A stretch of DNA of 42,730 nt from Gammaproteobacteria bacterium (GTDB lineage Bacteria > Pseudomonadota > Gammaproteobacteria > Eutrophobiales > Eutrophobiaceae). The translations under genes were made by a program, and so were the position numbers. Positions 31,159 to 39,601 of the stretch are shown here, in pieces. Every line of letters starts with the position of its first letter. The stretch's first letter is position 1. Where the stretch lies: contig JBPCXW010000046.1 in NCBI GenBank assembly GCA_051008185.1, positions 1 to 42,730 of the forward strand. Reading direction: 5' to 3'. The notes below the pieces were generated by a model. It did no database searches, had not been told where the DNA came from, and saw only the letters and a list, made by a program, of their open reading frames with translations.

Positions 31159-31468
31159 CAGTTAAATTACTCCCCTCAGAGAAAAAACACGGATGAAAAA
31201 ACGAAGTGTCCAGCCTACTCCGATTGTAAAAAATTATCCACGATTCTTTTTTTAGTATTTATGCCAACAAAAGATAAAGAAAATTCCGATGTCGGGAAGT
31301 ATTCCACAGACCCACCCCGGTTTCAAACATTGTTTTACATCCGAAAGCCGTGTTATTTTTTTGCAGCGCACCGCATTAGGGGCACAACCGGATAAAATTG
31401 AATTGACAAACACGGACTTACATGGATAAGATGAACAAACTTTACAAAGCGACACAACAGGAAACACG
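31159..31468. promoter_or_regulatory. rpmH-dnaA divergent intergenic region (dnaA promoter; candidate oriC location)
   Basis: This AT-rich 310-bp region contains a near-consensus DnaA box TTATCCACG (31234-31242). Weaker boxes are TATTCCACA (31300-31308) and CATGGATAA (31421-31429). Gene orientation switches here, with minus-strand genes to the left and plus-strand genes to the right. Confidence 0.5.
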
Positions 31469-31603
31469 ATGAAACGCACATATCAACCGAGTAACCTCAA
31501 GAGAAAACGGCTTCACGGCTTTCGTGCCCGTATGCAGACAAAGGCCGGGCAGCAGATTATCAAGTCACGCCGGGCCAAGGGCAGAAAGCGGTTATCTGCC
31601 TGA
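31469..31603 (+). CDS. rpmH: 50S ribosomal protein L34
   Basis: Hand translation gives [44 protein letters not shown] (44 aa). It is below the ORF-track cut-off. Confidence 0.95.
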   Translation: MKRTYQPSNLKRKRLHGFRARMQTKAGQQIIKSRRAKGRKRLSA

Positions 31604-31607
31604 TACG

Positions 31608-31994
31608 GTGACTGCGGGGCAAGCGGCCGGCGGGGCGGCGCTGTTGCAACGGCAACACAAACTCACCCGGCGGGCTGAATTTGATCGCGTCTTTTCAAGC
31701 TCTTGCCGCTCCAGAGACGCTTGTTTTGTGGTGCTGGCAAAACGCAACAACAAGGATTATGCCCGGCTGGGGATGGTGGTGTCTGCCAGGGCCTTGCCGC
31801 TGGCCGTTGGTAGAAACCGGCTCAAGCGCTTGATAAGAGAAGGCTTTCGCCAGCGACAACAACAACTTGCCGGCCTGGACATTGTTGTGATGGCGCAAAA
31901 AAACATAGCAAAGATCAATAACGAAGGGATTCAGGCCTCCCTCTCCAAACACTGGGAAAAAACAGTAAGGTGCAAAGACTCATCATCGGCATAA
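31608..31994 (+). CDS. rnpA: Ribonuclease P protein component
   Basis: Motifs include KLTRRAEFDRVF and AVGRNRLKRLIREGFR (the RNR motif). There is no in-frame ATG after rpmH. GTG at 31608 or TTG at 31644 is the likely start. The track ORF (31524) overlaps rpmH. Confidence 0.85.
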   Translation: MTAGQAAGGAALLQRQHKLTRRAEFDRVFSSSCRSRDACFVVLAKRNNKDYARLGMVVSARALPLAVGRNRLKRLIREGFRQRQQQLAGLDIVVMAQKNIAKINNEGIQASLSKHWEKTVRCKDSSSA

Positions 31995-32179
31995 TCAGGT
32001 TATATCAACTCTGTCTGGCTCCCTATCTTGGTCAGCGTTGTCGTTTCCACCCACATTGTTCCCGTTACGCGATTGAGGCGTTGCGGAAACACGGGGCGAT
32101 CAAGGGGCTGTGGCTGACCCTGCGGCGCCTGTGCCGTTGTCATCCCCTGTGTCTGGGCGGGCCGGACCCGGTGCCCTGA
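31970..32179 (+). CDS. yidD: Membrane protein insertion efficiency factor YidD
   Basis: 69 aa, reading IRLYQLCLAPYLGQRCRFHPHCSRYAIEAL...CHPL. Confidence 0.92.
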   Translation: MQRLIIGIIRLYQLCLAPYLGQRCRFHPHCSRYAIEALRKHGAIKGLWLTLRRLCRCHPLCLGGPDPVP

Positions 32180-32183
32180 GCCG

Positions 32184-33845
32184 ATGGATACGACACGCCT
32201 GATCCTGATCACCTCCCTGACCCTGGTGTCGCTACTGCTGTACGAGGCCTGGCAGCGGGACTACGGGTTGCGTGTTGTGCCGCCTCCGACGACGGCGGAC
32301 GGTGCGGCAGCGGTGCCACCGGACTTGCCCCCGGGTGCCGATGAGATTCCCGCGATGTCGGAGGCCGCCGAGTCGCCCGCCATCAGCGAGACGGTGCCGG
32401 AACAACAATCGCAAGCGGACTATATTGATGTCTATACCGATGTGCTGCACCTGAAGATCAACAAACGGGGCGGCGCGCTTGAGTACGCCGAGTTGTTGCA
32501 ATACCCGGTTGAGGTGAAGCAACAGGATGTGCCGGTGGTGTTTCTGGATAACAGCAACAGTCTGGTGCATGTCATTCAAACGGGGTTGCTCGGGCAATCC
32601 GCACCCAATCATCAGGATCGTCTCACCGGCACTCAGGACGAATACCGCTTGCAGGACAGGGATGAACTGCGGGTCCCGCTACACTGGCAGGATGCGAACG
32701 GGGTGACGGTCAGCAAGGTCTTTGTCCTGCGCCGCGGTAGTTACCTGATTGATATTGATTACCAAATCAACAACCCCTCCAGCGAGCCCTGGGTGGCCAG
32801 CACCTATTCACAGATCAAACGGGATACCGCCGGCACCGGGCGCAAGCTGGTTTATACCTACACCGGCGCGGTGATCTCCAGCCCCGAAGATCGTTACAGC
32901 AAGATAGACTTTGATGAGATAGAAGAGCAGGACCTGTCCCTGTCAATCAAAAATGGTTGGGCGGCGATGTTGCAACACTACTTCGTCTCGGCCATTATCC
33001 CGACGCTCTCCGACAGTGCTTATCAGTTTTCCACCAAGGCACTGAAACGCAATCAATATCTAATCCGCGCCGTGTCACCACTACAACGAGTTGAAGCCGG
33101 TGCCGAGGGCCGCCTGAATAGCCGGGTCTATGTGGGCCCGAAACTGCAAGAGCAACTGGCCGAGGCCGCAGAGGGTCTGGAGCTGACGGTTGATTACGGC
33201 ATCTTGTTTTTCATCGCCAAGCCGTTGTTCTGGTGTCTGGCCAAATTTCACGAACTCACGGGCAACTGGGGCTGGGCCATCATTCTGGTGACCATCGTGC
33301 TAAAGCTGTTGTTCTTCCCGCTGTCGGCGGCGGGCTATCGCTCCATGGCAAACATGCGCCGGGTGCAACCCCGGATGATGGCAATGAAGGAACGCTATAA
33401 AGATGATCGCAACGGTCTGAATCAGGCCATGATGAAATTGTACAAAGAGGAAAAAATAAATCCGTTCGGCGGTTGTCTGCCTATTCTGGTACAGATCCCG
33501 GTATTCATCGCCCTGTATTGGGTGTTGCTGGAAAGCGTGGAATTGCGTCAGGCGTATTTCGCATTGTGGCTGGTTGATTTATCCAGCCCTGATCCGTACT
33601 GGGTGCTACCCATCATCATGGGTGCCACGATGTTGATCCAGCAAAAACTAAACCCGGCACCGATGGATCCGTTACAACAAAAAGTGCTGATGATCATGCC
33701 GTTCGCCTTTACCATCTTTTTCGGTTTCTTCCCGTCCGGCCTGGTGTTGTATTGGGTGGCCAACAACATCCTGTCCATTGCGCAGCAGTGGCAAATCACG
33801 CGCGGCCTGGAAAAGGCAGGGCTGGCCGCTGGCACCAAAAAGTAA
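32184..33845 (+). CDS. yidC: Membrane protein insertase YidC
   Basis: 553 aa with a large periplasmic domain. The C-terminal core reads NWGWAIILVTIVLKLLFFPL...GCLPILVQIPVFIALY. Confidence 0.96.
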   Translation: MDTTRLILITSLTLVSLLLYEAWQRDYGLRVVPPPTTADGAAAVPPDLPPGADEIPAMSEAAESPAISETVPEQQSQADYIDVYTDVLHLKINKRGGALEYAELLQYPVEVKQQDVPVVFLDNSNSLVHVIQTGLLGQSAPNHQDRLTGTQDEYRLQDRDELRVPLHWQDANGVTVSKVFVLRRGSYLIDIDYQINNPSSEPWVASTYSQIKRDTAGTGRKLVYTYTGAVISSPEDRYSKIDFDEIEEQDLSLSIKNGWAAMLQHYFVSAIIPTLSDSAYQFSTKALKRNQYLIRAVSPLQRVEAGAEGRLNSRVYVGPKLQEQLAEAAEGLELTVDYGILFFIAKPLFWCLAKFHELTGNWGWAIILVTIVLKLLFFPLSAAGYRSMANMRRVQPRMMAMKERYKDDRNGLNQAMMKLYKEEKINPFGGCLPILVQIPVFIALYWVLLESVELRQAYFALWLVDLSSPDPYWVLPIIMGATMLIQQKLNPAPMDPLQQKVLMIMPFAFTIFFGFFPSGLVLYWVANNILSIAQQWQITRGLEKAGLAAGTKK

Positions 33846-33856
33846 TCCCGCCGCCG

Positions 33857-35194
33857 GTGGAGCAGACAGACACCATCGCCGCGATAGCCACGCCGCCCGG
33901 GCAGGGCGGTATCGGCATCATCCGCATCTCCGGGCCCGGCAGTGTTGATATCGCCAGACAGATCACCGGCGTTGATCCCGTGCCGCGGCAACTGCAATTT
34001 TGTTCGTTTCCGGATTCCGCCGGCCGGATTATTGATAACGGCATCATGTTGTATTTTCAGCGACCGGCATCCTACACCGGCGAAGAGGTGATTGAGTTAC
34101 AGGGACACGGCGGCCCGGTGGTCTTGACGATGTTGTTGCAACGGGTAATCCAGTGCGGTGCCAGACAGGCGAGGCCGGGCGAGTTCACCGAGCGGGCCTT
34201 TCTGAACGGCAAACTGGATCTGGCCCAGGCGGAGGCGGTGGCGACATTGATCAGTAGCCGGTCAGAGCAGGCGGCGCGTAATGCCTTCTCTACTCTGGAG
34301 GGAGTCTTCTCCGGGTTGGTTGATGAGTTACAGCACAAACTTATTGATGCCAGGGTGTATGTAGAGTCCCTGCTGGACTTTCCGGAAGAGGAGGTTGCCA
34401 CTTATGTCGCCACCGAGCTGGCGCAGCGTCTGGATGTCTGCCAGACCGCGACCGACACCTTGCTACGCCAGTCAAGAAACAGCAGGCTTTATACTCAGGG
34501 TCTGCAGATAGCCATCATCGGACGGCCCAACTCAGGCAAATCCACACTGCTCAACCGCCTGTGCGGCAGCGAGCGCGCCATTGTCACCGAGCAACCCGGC
34601 ACCACCCGCGACACGCTGGAAGAAGAGATACTGATCCACGACATCCCGTTCCGCCTGATAGATACCGCCGGCATCCGCGCCGGTTCCGATGCGATAGAAA
34701 CCGAGGGCATCAGCCGCGCCGTAACGGCCGCACAGCAAGCGGACATTATCCTGCTGGTGATCGATCTCAGTGCCGAACCGGTTGCCGACACGATGCTGGA
34801 AGAGAAGATAGATAACGATGACAACAGACTGATACGGGTTCATAATAAAATCGATCTGCTGGACATACAGCCGCGTGGCGACGAGGCAGAGGTTTATATC
34901 TCGGCGCAGACCGGGGCCGGTCTTGATCTGCTCCGGCAAACCATCGTTACACGGGTCAGCGACGGGCAGGAAACCGACACCCGGTTTGCGGCACAGCAAA
35001 GACATATATCCGTACTACAACAACTTGAGCAGCAACTACAGACAGCACGGCAACGGTTTGAACAAAACAAGGCACTGGAATTACTGGCCGCCGACTTGCA
35101 GCAGATGCAACAGGAGCTGGGCACGATCAACGGCGAGTTTGCGGCAGACGATTTGCTTGGCGAGATTTTCTCCCGCTTCTGCATAGGAAAATAA
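33857..35194 (+). CDS. mnmE: tRNA modification GTPase MnmE (TrmE)
   Basis: Motifs include DTIAAIATPPGQGGIGIIRISG, the G1 motif GRPNSGKST, and the C-terminal FCIGK. There is no ATG, so I chose the GTG at 33857 by alignment with the usual N-terminal length. The track ORF overlaps yidC. Confidence 0.93.
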   Translation: MEQTDTIAAIATPPGQGGIGIIRISGPGSVDIARQITGVDPVPRQLQFCSFPDSAGRIIDNGIMLYFQRPASYTGEEVIELQGHGGPVVLTMLLQRVIQCGARQARPGEFTERAFLNGKLDLAQAEAVATLISSRSEQAARNAFSTLEGVFSGLVDELQHKLIDARVYVESLLDFPEEEVATYVATELAQRLDVCQTATDTLLRQSRNSRLYTQGLQIAIIGRPNSGKSTLLNRLCGSERAIVTEQPGTTRDTLEEEILIHDIPFRLIDTAGIRAGSDAIETEGISRAVTAAQQADIILLVIDLSAEPVADTMLEEKIDNDDNRLIRVHNKIDLLDIQPRGDEAEVYISAQTGAGLDLLRQTIVTRVSDGQETDTRFAAQQRHISVLQQLEQQLQTARQRFEQNKALELLAADLQQMQQELGTINGEFAADDLLGEIFSRFCIGK

Positions 35195-35196
35195 TT

Positions 35197-35580
35197 ATGA
35201 GCATTCATACAGAAACATCAGTCGGTGAATTCCTGGACAAGCTGACCATCCTGAAACTAAAACTGGACAAGGTAGAGGACGGATCCAAGCTGGAAAATAT
35301 CAGGAAGGAACACGACACCCTTGTCGCCAGCTGGAATGCTTCGTCCTACAGCCGCATGGATCTGGATGAAGAGCTTGCCGCGCTGAAAAAAATCAATGCG
35401 GAGCTATGGCAAATGGAAGAGGACATTCGCGCCAGAGAGCACAACGGAGAGTTTGACAAAACCTTCGTTCGTCTGGCCCGCGCGATCTACAAAAAGAATG
35501 ACGAACGCGCGGCGATAAAAAAACGCATCAACGAAAAAACAGGCTCAACACTGACGGAAGAAAAATCATACGATAGCTGA
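35197..35580 (+). CDS. Conserved helical hypothetical protein (possibly DUF6165-like)
   Basis: 127 aa, starting 2 nt after the mnmE stop. Pattern: GEFLDKLTILKLK...ELWQMEEDIRARE...LARAIYKKNDERAAIKKRIN...EEKSY. The family name comes from memory only. Confidence 0.55.
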   Translation: MSIHTETSVGEFLDKLTILKLKLDKVEDGSKLENIRKEHDTLVASWNASSYSRMDLDEELAALKKINAELWQMEEDIRAREHNGEFDKTFVRLARAIYKKNDERAAIKKRINEKTGSTLTEEKSYDS

Positions 35581-35594
35581 CAGAGGAATAAATC

Positions 35595-35990
35595 ATGACA
35601 AAGAAGATCGCCGATCCGGAAACAAACAAACGCAACGTATCAGCATTCTACGAATTGATGTTCAACGAATGCCGCCCAAGAGAGGCGATTGAAAAATATG
35701 TCGGGGACGAATACATCCAGCACAACCCCCACGTGCGATCAGGCAAGGACGGTTTCATAGAATATTTTGAACGAATGGCTACCGAGCACCCGGGCAAACA
35801 GGTCCGGATAAAAAAGGCATTCGCCGAAGCAAACCATGTCATCCTGCACTGCCACCAACTTTGGCCCGGCGGAAAAGAATACGCCGGCATTGACATCTTC
35901 CGGCTTGATGACAACGGCAAGGTCGTTGAACATTGGGACGTGCTACAGGAAATGCCGGAAACCAGCGCCCATGACAATGGGATGTTCTAA
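35595..35990 (+). CDS. SnoaL-like / NTF2-fold family protein
   Basis: 131 aa. Pattern: NKRNVSAFYELMFNECRPREAIEKYVGDEYIQHNP...DIFRLDDNGKVVEHWDVLQ, typical of SnoaL-like polyketide-cyclase-fold proteins. Confidence 0.68.
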   Translation: MTKKIADPETNKRNVSAFYELMFNECRPREAIEKYVGDEYIQHNPHVRSGKDGFIEYFERMATEHPGKQVRIKKAFAEANHVILHCHQLWPGGKEYAGIDIFRLDDNGKVVEHWDVLQEMPETSAHDNGMF

Positions 35991-36028
35991 ATATATATCT
36001 GGGTTAGGACACCTTTGGTGAGGCTAGT

Positions 36029-36787
36029 TTAGTCTGGCTTCTGGCCTCGTGTGGCGCTGTCCAGTTTATACAAATGGTGCATCACCGCGTCAATTCCGCC
36101 AGTGATAAGCGATAGCTGTTCGTGCTTTGCTTCCATGAGTATCGCGTATGCCAAGTCAAAATGTTCGCCGGTCGTGATTTGATAGGTTTCCATAAGATCG
36201 TTTAGAGTATCGGTTTCATCCATATCTAGATAGTCCGCAATATCGATGAATGTTTTCATATCAGGGTACTGTTCAAATATCCCGTCCAAAACGCTATCCG
36301 CTATTTTTATTCCTTCTGTGTCGACCTGCTCAAAGAGTGACATGACCCGCTCAAACGAATATTCATCAGTTCCAAGATTGAGTTCCTCTGCAAGAAGTTG
36401 GTGAATCATTTGGCTAGCGTCCTCGCCACTTTGATTCAGGCGACCGGTCGGATTCCCTTCTTTATCTCGGTAAACCGTACAACCGGCGTGAACCTTGCCC
36501 AAGAGAGGAGCTATCTTTTGGGCAAGGTCGCCGACCTTTACAGGGTCCAGAAAATCGAAGCACCCAGGTTGCGTTGCAGACATCCAAGACAGCACGTCCC
36601 CGTACCAAATGGGCTCGGAACGTTTCGAAGTATTAGAGTAAACATTATTGCAAAACATGTCGGCAGTTCCATTGTCATAAAGCTCAACAATTATGTGGTA
36701 ACCAGTACAGGTGGTCACAGCGGCAGCAGCATAAAATGATCCGAAGTCGATTTGAATAGTTGGGGTAATTGCCGTAACTGTTTTCAT
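36029..36787 (-). CDS. Hypothetical soluble protein with an acidic C-terminal half (operon gene F)
   Basis: 252 aa with no TM and no recognisable catalytic motif. It is the last gene of the six-gene minus-strand operon. Confidence 0.6.
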   Translation of the reverse strand: MKTVTAITPTIQIDFGSFYAAAAVTTCTGYHIIVELYDNGTADMFCNNVYSNTSKRSEPIWYGDVLSWMSATQPGCFDFLDPVKVGDLAQKIAPLLGKVHAGCTVYRDKEGNPTGRLNQSGEDASQMIHQLLAEELNLGTDEYSFERVMSLFEQVDTEGIKIADSVLDGIFEQYPDMKTFIDIADYLDMDETDTLNDLMETYQITTGEHFDLAYAILMEAKHEQLSLITGGIDAVMHHLYKLDSATRGQKPD

Positions 36788-36824
36788 TAGAGGGTGTAAA
36801 GTTTCCTATGTAAATTGATCTTAA

Positions 36825-37001
36825 TCATCGGGCCTTTTTGCGAAAGACGAAAAACCTCTTGATCTTTTGGACTATGGCATACAATCTATTTTTCCATGGA
36901 GAAGAGGGCGGAATAAGACGCTGTTGCAACAGGGCTGTAATAGTGCTGTCTAGTTGTTGGAGTACTTTTTCATACTCGTCTGCTAATTTTTTCTCCACCA
37001 T
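36825..37001 (-). CDS. Small helical protein with a basic tail (operon gene E)
   Basis: MVEKKLADEYEKVLQQLDSTITALLQQRL...KRFFVFRKKAR. The start at 37001 lies 7 nt after the gene D stop. The alternative start at 37049 overlaps gene D by 41 nt. Confidence 0.45.
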   Translation of the reverse strand: MVEKKLADEYEKVLQQLDSTITALLQQRLIPPSSPWKNRLYAIVQKIKRFFVFRKKAR

Positions 37002-37008
37002 TGAGTTA

Positions 37009-37641
37009 CTACCTAAATATCGGACAAAAGCCGACCTTATCGCGCACAAATTCGATTACATTTCCATCAACCTTGGCTTTGTTGATGGTAGCCATTAATC
37101 GGCATTCCTCGCCGTGTTGAATGTTTTTAGATGTAATTATGCGGCGACCAAAATTTAGAAACTCATCTTTTGACATTTGTTCTGTGGGGAAGTCTTTAAG
37201 AATGGATAGGGCACCATTCAGAGCATCATTTACAATTTTTGCATCTCTTTCCCAGTCTCTGTTTGGTCTGATACTGAATGAATCGGCATCAGGATGATAG
37301 GTTATGTCGTAGGCAAAGTAATACTTCCGTTTTCCGGACCTCAGCCAGCATGGCAAGCAACCAATTTTGCCTACCAGACCTTCGCCTTCCCCGCCTTCGC
37401 CTTCCTTACCTTCGCCTTCCTTACCTTCGCCTTCCTCACCTTCGCCTTCCTCACCTTCGTCGCCACCTATACCTGTCGTATCCTCTACGGGTTCGGGTGG
37501 TGCGAGGTCGTCTTTAAATCTGGCGAGCTCTAAAGTCTTGGCCATCAACAACAGGAGGATAATGGTTGCTAGAATCAACATAATTTCGGTTTGCGTGAGG
37601 GCCAAGACTCCTTCTCGGCGTTTCAGCAGACGCACACTCAT
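37009..37641 (-). CDS. Single-pass membrane protein with an acidic EGEGx repeat linker and a C-terminal CxxC-containing domain (operon gene D)
   Basis: 210 aa. The TM region is LTQTEIMLILATIILLLLMA, with an acidic residue at its entry. It is followed by GDEGEEGEGEEGEGKEGEGKEGEGGEGEG and then a globular domain of about 120 aa (CLPCW...). The start overlaps the gene C stop (ATGA). Confidence 0.7.
   Translation of the reverse strand: MSVRLLKRREGVLALTQTEIMLILATIILLLLMAKTLELARFKDDLAPPEPVEDTTGIGGDEGEEGEGEEGEGKEGEGKEGEGGEGEGLVGKIGCLPCWLRSGKRKYYFAYDITYHPDADSFSIRPNRDWERDAKIVNDALNGALSILKDFPTEQMSKDEFLNFGRRIITSKNIQHGEECRLMATINKAKVDGNVIEFVRDKVGFCPIFR
37378..37464. repeat. In-frame 15-bp tandem repeat (about 5.8 copies) inside gene D
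   Basis: The units accttcgccttcc(cc/tt/tc) lie at 37378, 37393, 37408, 37423 and 37438, with a partial unit at 37453. They encode EGEG(K/E) pentapeptides on the minus strand. Confidence 0.92.
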
Positions 37642-38807
37642 TTGTTATTCCCTTCCTGCTCTATGTTTTGAGCAATGGTGCGGAGGTCCTTGGCTATCTG
37701 ATCCAGATTGTCAATTCCTCCCAGTGCTAACTTGGCTCCGGTAATCAGCCGTCCGTAAAGACGGTGGGTTTCTTCAAGTGCCGTTTGTGCGGCCTCATCG
37801 AATGCACGGCGGTAGCTTTCCTTTATTTCAGCAATGGATTTCACGTCACTCCGAATAGTCTTGATGAGATCATCAAGGGCATCTCGCGCTTCGTGCATTC
37901 GTTGCACGTCATGTTCGGCATTACCTATCAATGCCGTTTGTTCTTTCGATATCGTCTTCAGGGCTTTGTTCAGGTTTTCTACTCCTTCGGAAAATGCCTG
38001 TACAGTGTCGTTTATAGCGTTCAGGGAGGACAGAGCGTGCCTCACGTCCTCAACACCGGTGGTGGTTGCTTTTGTTGCCGTGTTCAATTCTTCCAGAGAC
38101 TGAGAAAACGCCTGATTAACGCCTAAAACGGCTGCCCGATGTTCATCTAGGGTTGCTTGTAGTGCTTCACGCACATCATCAAAGTGCGTTTTCTGGAGCG
38201 ACTCTGCGATTCGCGCACTGAAGTCTTCCAGCACACTCCCCAGCGCATTGCTCATCGCGCGCCCAATCTTTTGAGTCTCTTCCTCAGTCCGCCTGGAATA
38301 TGTACTCATCGCATTCGTTACTTGGGACATGGTTTGCTCTACGCCGGTAACACACTCATTCACCTGAACGACGGCAACTTCCAACTCCGTGGCAGCGACA
38401 GCCGCTTTTGTCACAGCCCTGTCAAATTCATCTTCCGGAGGTTTCCACCCATGAGTTAGCCCGAATCGCCAGATCATGCCAACCACACTGGTTCCGAGAG
38501 CTATCCCCACTGTTGTGAGTAGCGGAAGCAAGTCGCCTCCTTTGTTGGATAGCAGGGAATCTGTATCTAGCATCAACGACCAAGTGATGACTGCCAGCGT
38601 ATAGACGAATCCGATAAAATAGCAGTTATCCCCTACTTCGTAACGATGAGCAAGATCGGCTTCATCCTTGGTGAGAAATGCGTAAAGGGAAAGCAGAAAG
38701 CTCAATACGAGCAATCCCCACCATTCCGCTCGTATAGGGCGAAAAATGGCTGAAAGAGCAATGCCTACCACGCAGTAGAACACCGGATAGTTGAGTAGAG
38801 CCTTCAT
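37638..38807 (-). CDS. Four-TM membrane protein with a long (about 270 aa) alpha-helical/coiled-coil C-terminal domain (operon gene C)
   Basis: 389 aa. Hydrophobic segments are YPVFYCVVGIALSAIF, WWGLLVLSFLLSLYAFL, CYFIGFVYTLAVITWSLML and LLPLLTTVGIALGTSVVGMIWRF. The remainder is helix-forming and low in Pro/Gly. The start overlaps the gene B stop (ATGA). Confidence 0.7.
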   Translation of the reverse strand: MKALLNYPVFYCVVGIALSAIFRPIRAEWWGLLVLSFLLSLYAFLTKDEADLAHRYEVGDNCYFIGFVYTLAVITWSLMLDTDSLLSNKGGDLLPLLTTVGIALGTSVVGMIWRFGLTHGWKPPEDEFDRAVTKAAVAATELEVAVVQVNECVTGVEQTMSQVTNAMSTYSRRTEEETQKIGRAMSNALGSVLEDFSARIAESLQKTHFDDVREALQATLDEHRAAVLGVNQAFSQSLEELNTATKATTTGVEDVRHALSSLNAINDTVQAFSEGVENLNKALKTISKEQTALIGNAEHDVQRMHEARDALDDLIKTIRSDVKSIAEIKESYRRAFDEAAQTALEETHRLYGRLITGAKLALGGIDNLDQIAKDLRTIAQNIEQEGNNK

Positions 38808-39601
38808 TTACACACCGCCGGACTCCACTCTATGGACGCACCAAGTTCCGAGAAATAATTCTTCCAGAAAAGAATATGGTCCTCGTTGTTTTGCACAGAG
38901 CGGGCCAGATCACCCGTTCGTTTGAGGTAGAGAACTTCCACTTCCACGTCTGACAGTGAAAATTGCGGGAAATCCCGCCCATGAATTGAATTCCGCCAAA
39001 CCTGAAAGTCTGCACCATCACGGTAATGTGAGTATTCCGGCGGGGTGTGCTGTAGCATGTCCGATATCACAATCAAACGGCGTTTTTTTGTGGGGTCATC
39101 AAAATTTCTGTCCAGTGCTACCGCCTTAATCATCTCGTGAATCGGCGAGGTAGTATGAGGAGATGTTTGTATTAGGCGTTTGATTGCGGCCGCCATTGGC
39201 TTTTGGAACTTCTCCTCAAACCGCCGTTGTACCCATTCGGGATTCTGTATCAATGGATTGGCTTTGCCGGGAGAGCATAGTGCGATTTCAGGTGCTGGCA
39301 AAGTCAAGTTGTTTTCATGGAGAATAAATATCCCAACCCACTCGTCATGATCAGGTTGCTTTAGCAGGTTGTTTATTATTTCCTCTTCAACCTTTTTCGC
39401 TTGGCTCTCGCATAGTCGGTCGGTTGCGTCTAGTAGCACAGCAGTGCGAGGATAGTTTCCATCTTCGGGGCACAGGGTGAGCGGGTCGTAATTTTTTCCT
39501 CCGGCTACAATTTTTACGATAATGACGATGACAATCAACAATACGCTCGTCAAAGCAATAACGGCAACTCTCCGGTCTTTACGTTGCTTTTCCGTAGGCA
39601 T
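38804..39601 (-). CDS. Membrane-anchored protein with a degenerate vWA-like (Rossmann-like) domain (operon gene B)
   Basis: The TM is VAVIALTSVLLIVIVIIVKIV. It is followed by TAVLLDATDRL ... TTSPIHEMIKAVAL ... RRLIVISDMLQH, which resembles vWA strands and MIDAS positions. The ATG at 39601 overlaps the gene A TAA (TAATG), and 39643 is an alternative start. Confidence 0.6.
   Translation of the reverse strand: MPTEKQRKDRRVAVIALTSVLLIVIVIIVKIVAGGKNYDPLTLCPEDGNYPRTAVLLDATDRLCESQAKKVEEEIINNLLKQPDHDEWVGIFILHENNLTLPAPEIALCSPGKANPLIQNPEWVQRRFEEKFQKPMAAAIKRLIQTSPHTTSPIHEMIKAVALDRNFDDPTKKRRLIVISDMLQHTPPEYSHYRDGADFQVWRNSIHGRDFPQFSLSDVEVEVLYLKRTGDLARSVQNNEDHILFWKNYFSELGASIEWSPAVCK

Noticed and set aside
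35150-35194. Possible genomic-island att site: duplication of the mnmE 3' end (TTCTGCATAGGAAAATAA), as in SGI1-type islands.
   Set aside because: I could not find a second copy of this sequence anywhere in the window by eye, and no integrase is present. The island boundary, if any, lies outside the window.
37378-37464. Whether the 15-bp periodic repeat could be a mini CRISPR-like or regulatory array.
   Set aside because: There are no spacers. The units are contiguous, in frame and inside a long ORF, so this is a coding low-complexity repeat.
37367-37744. 125-aa plus-strand ORF with a PSPSPPSPSLPSPS repeat, plus ORFs 37278-37517 and 37294-37533 with LRLP/FAF repeats.
   Set aside because: These are mirror-image and alternative-frame translations of the 15-bp tandem repeat. 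The minus-strand frame is the one embedded in the overlapping-gene operon.
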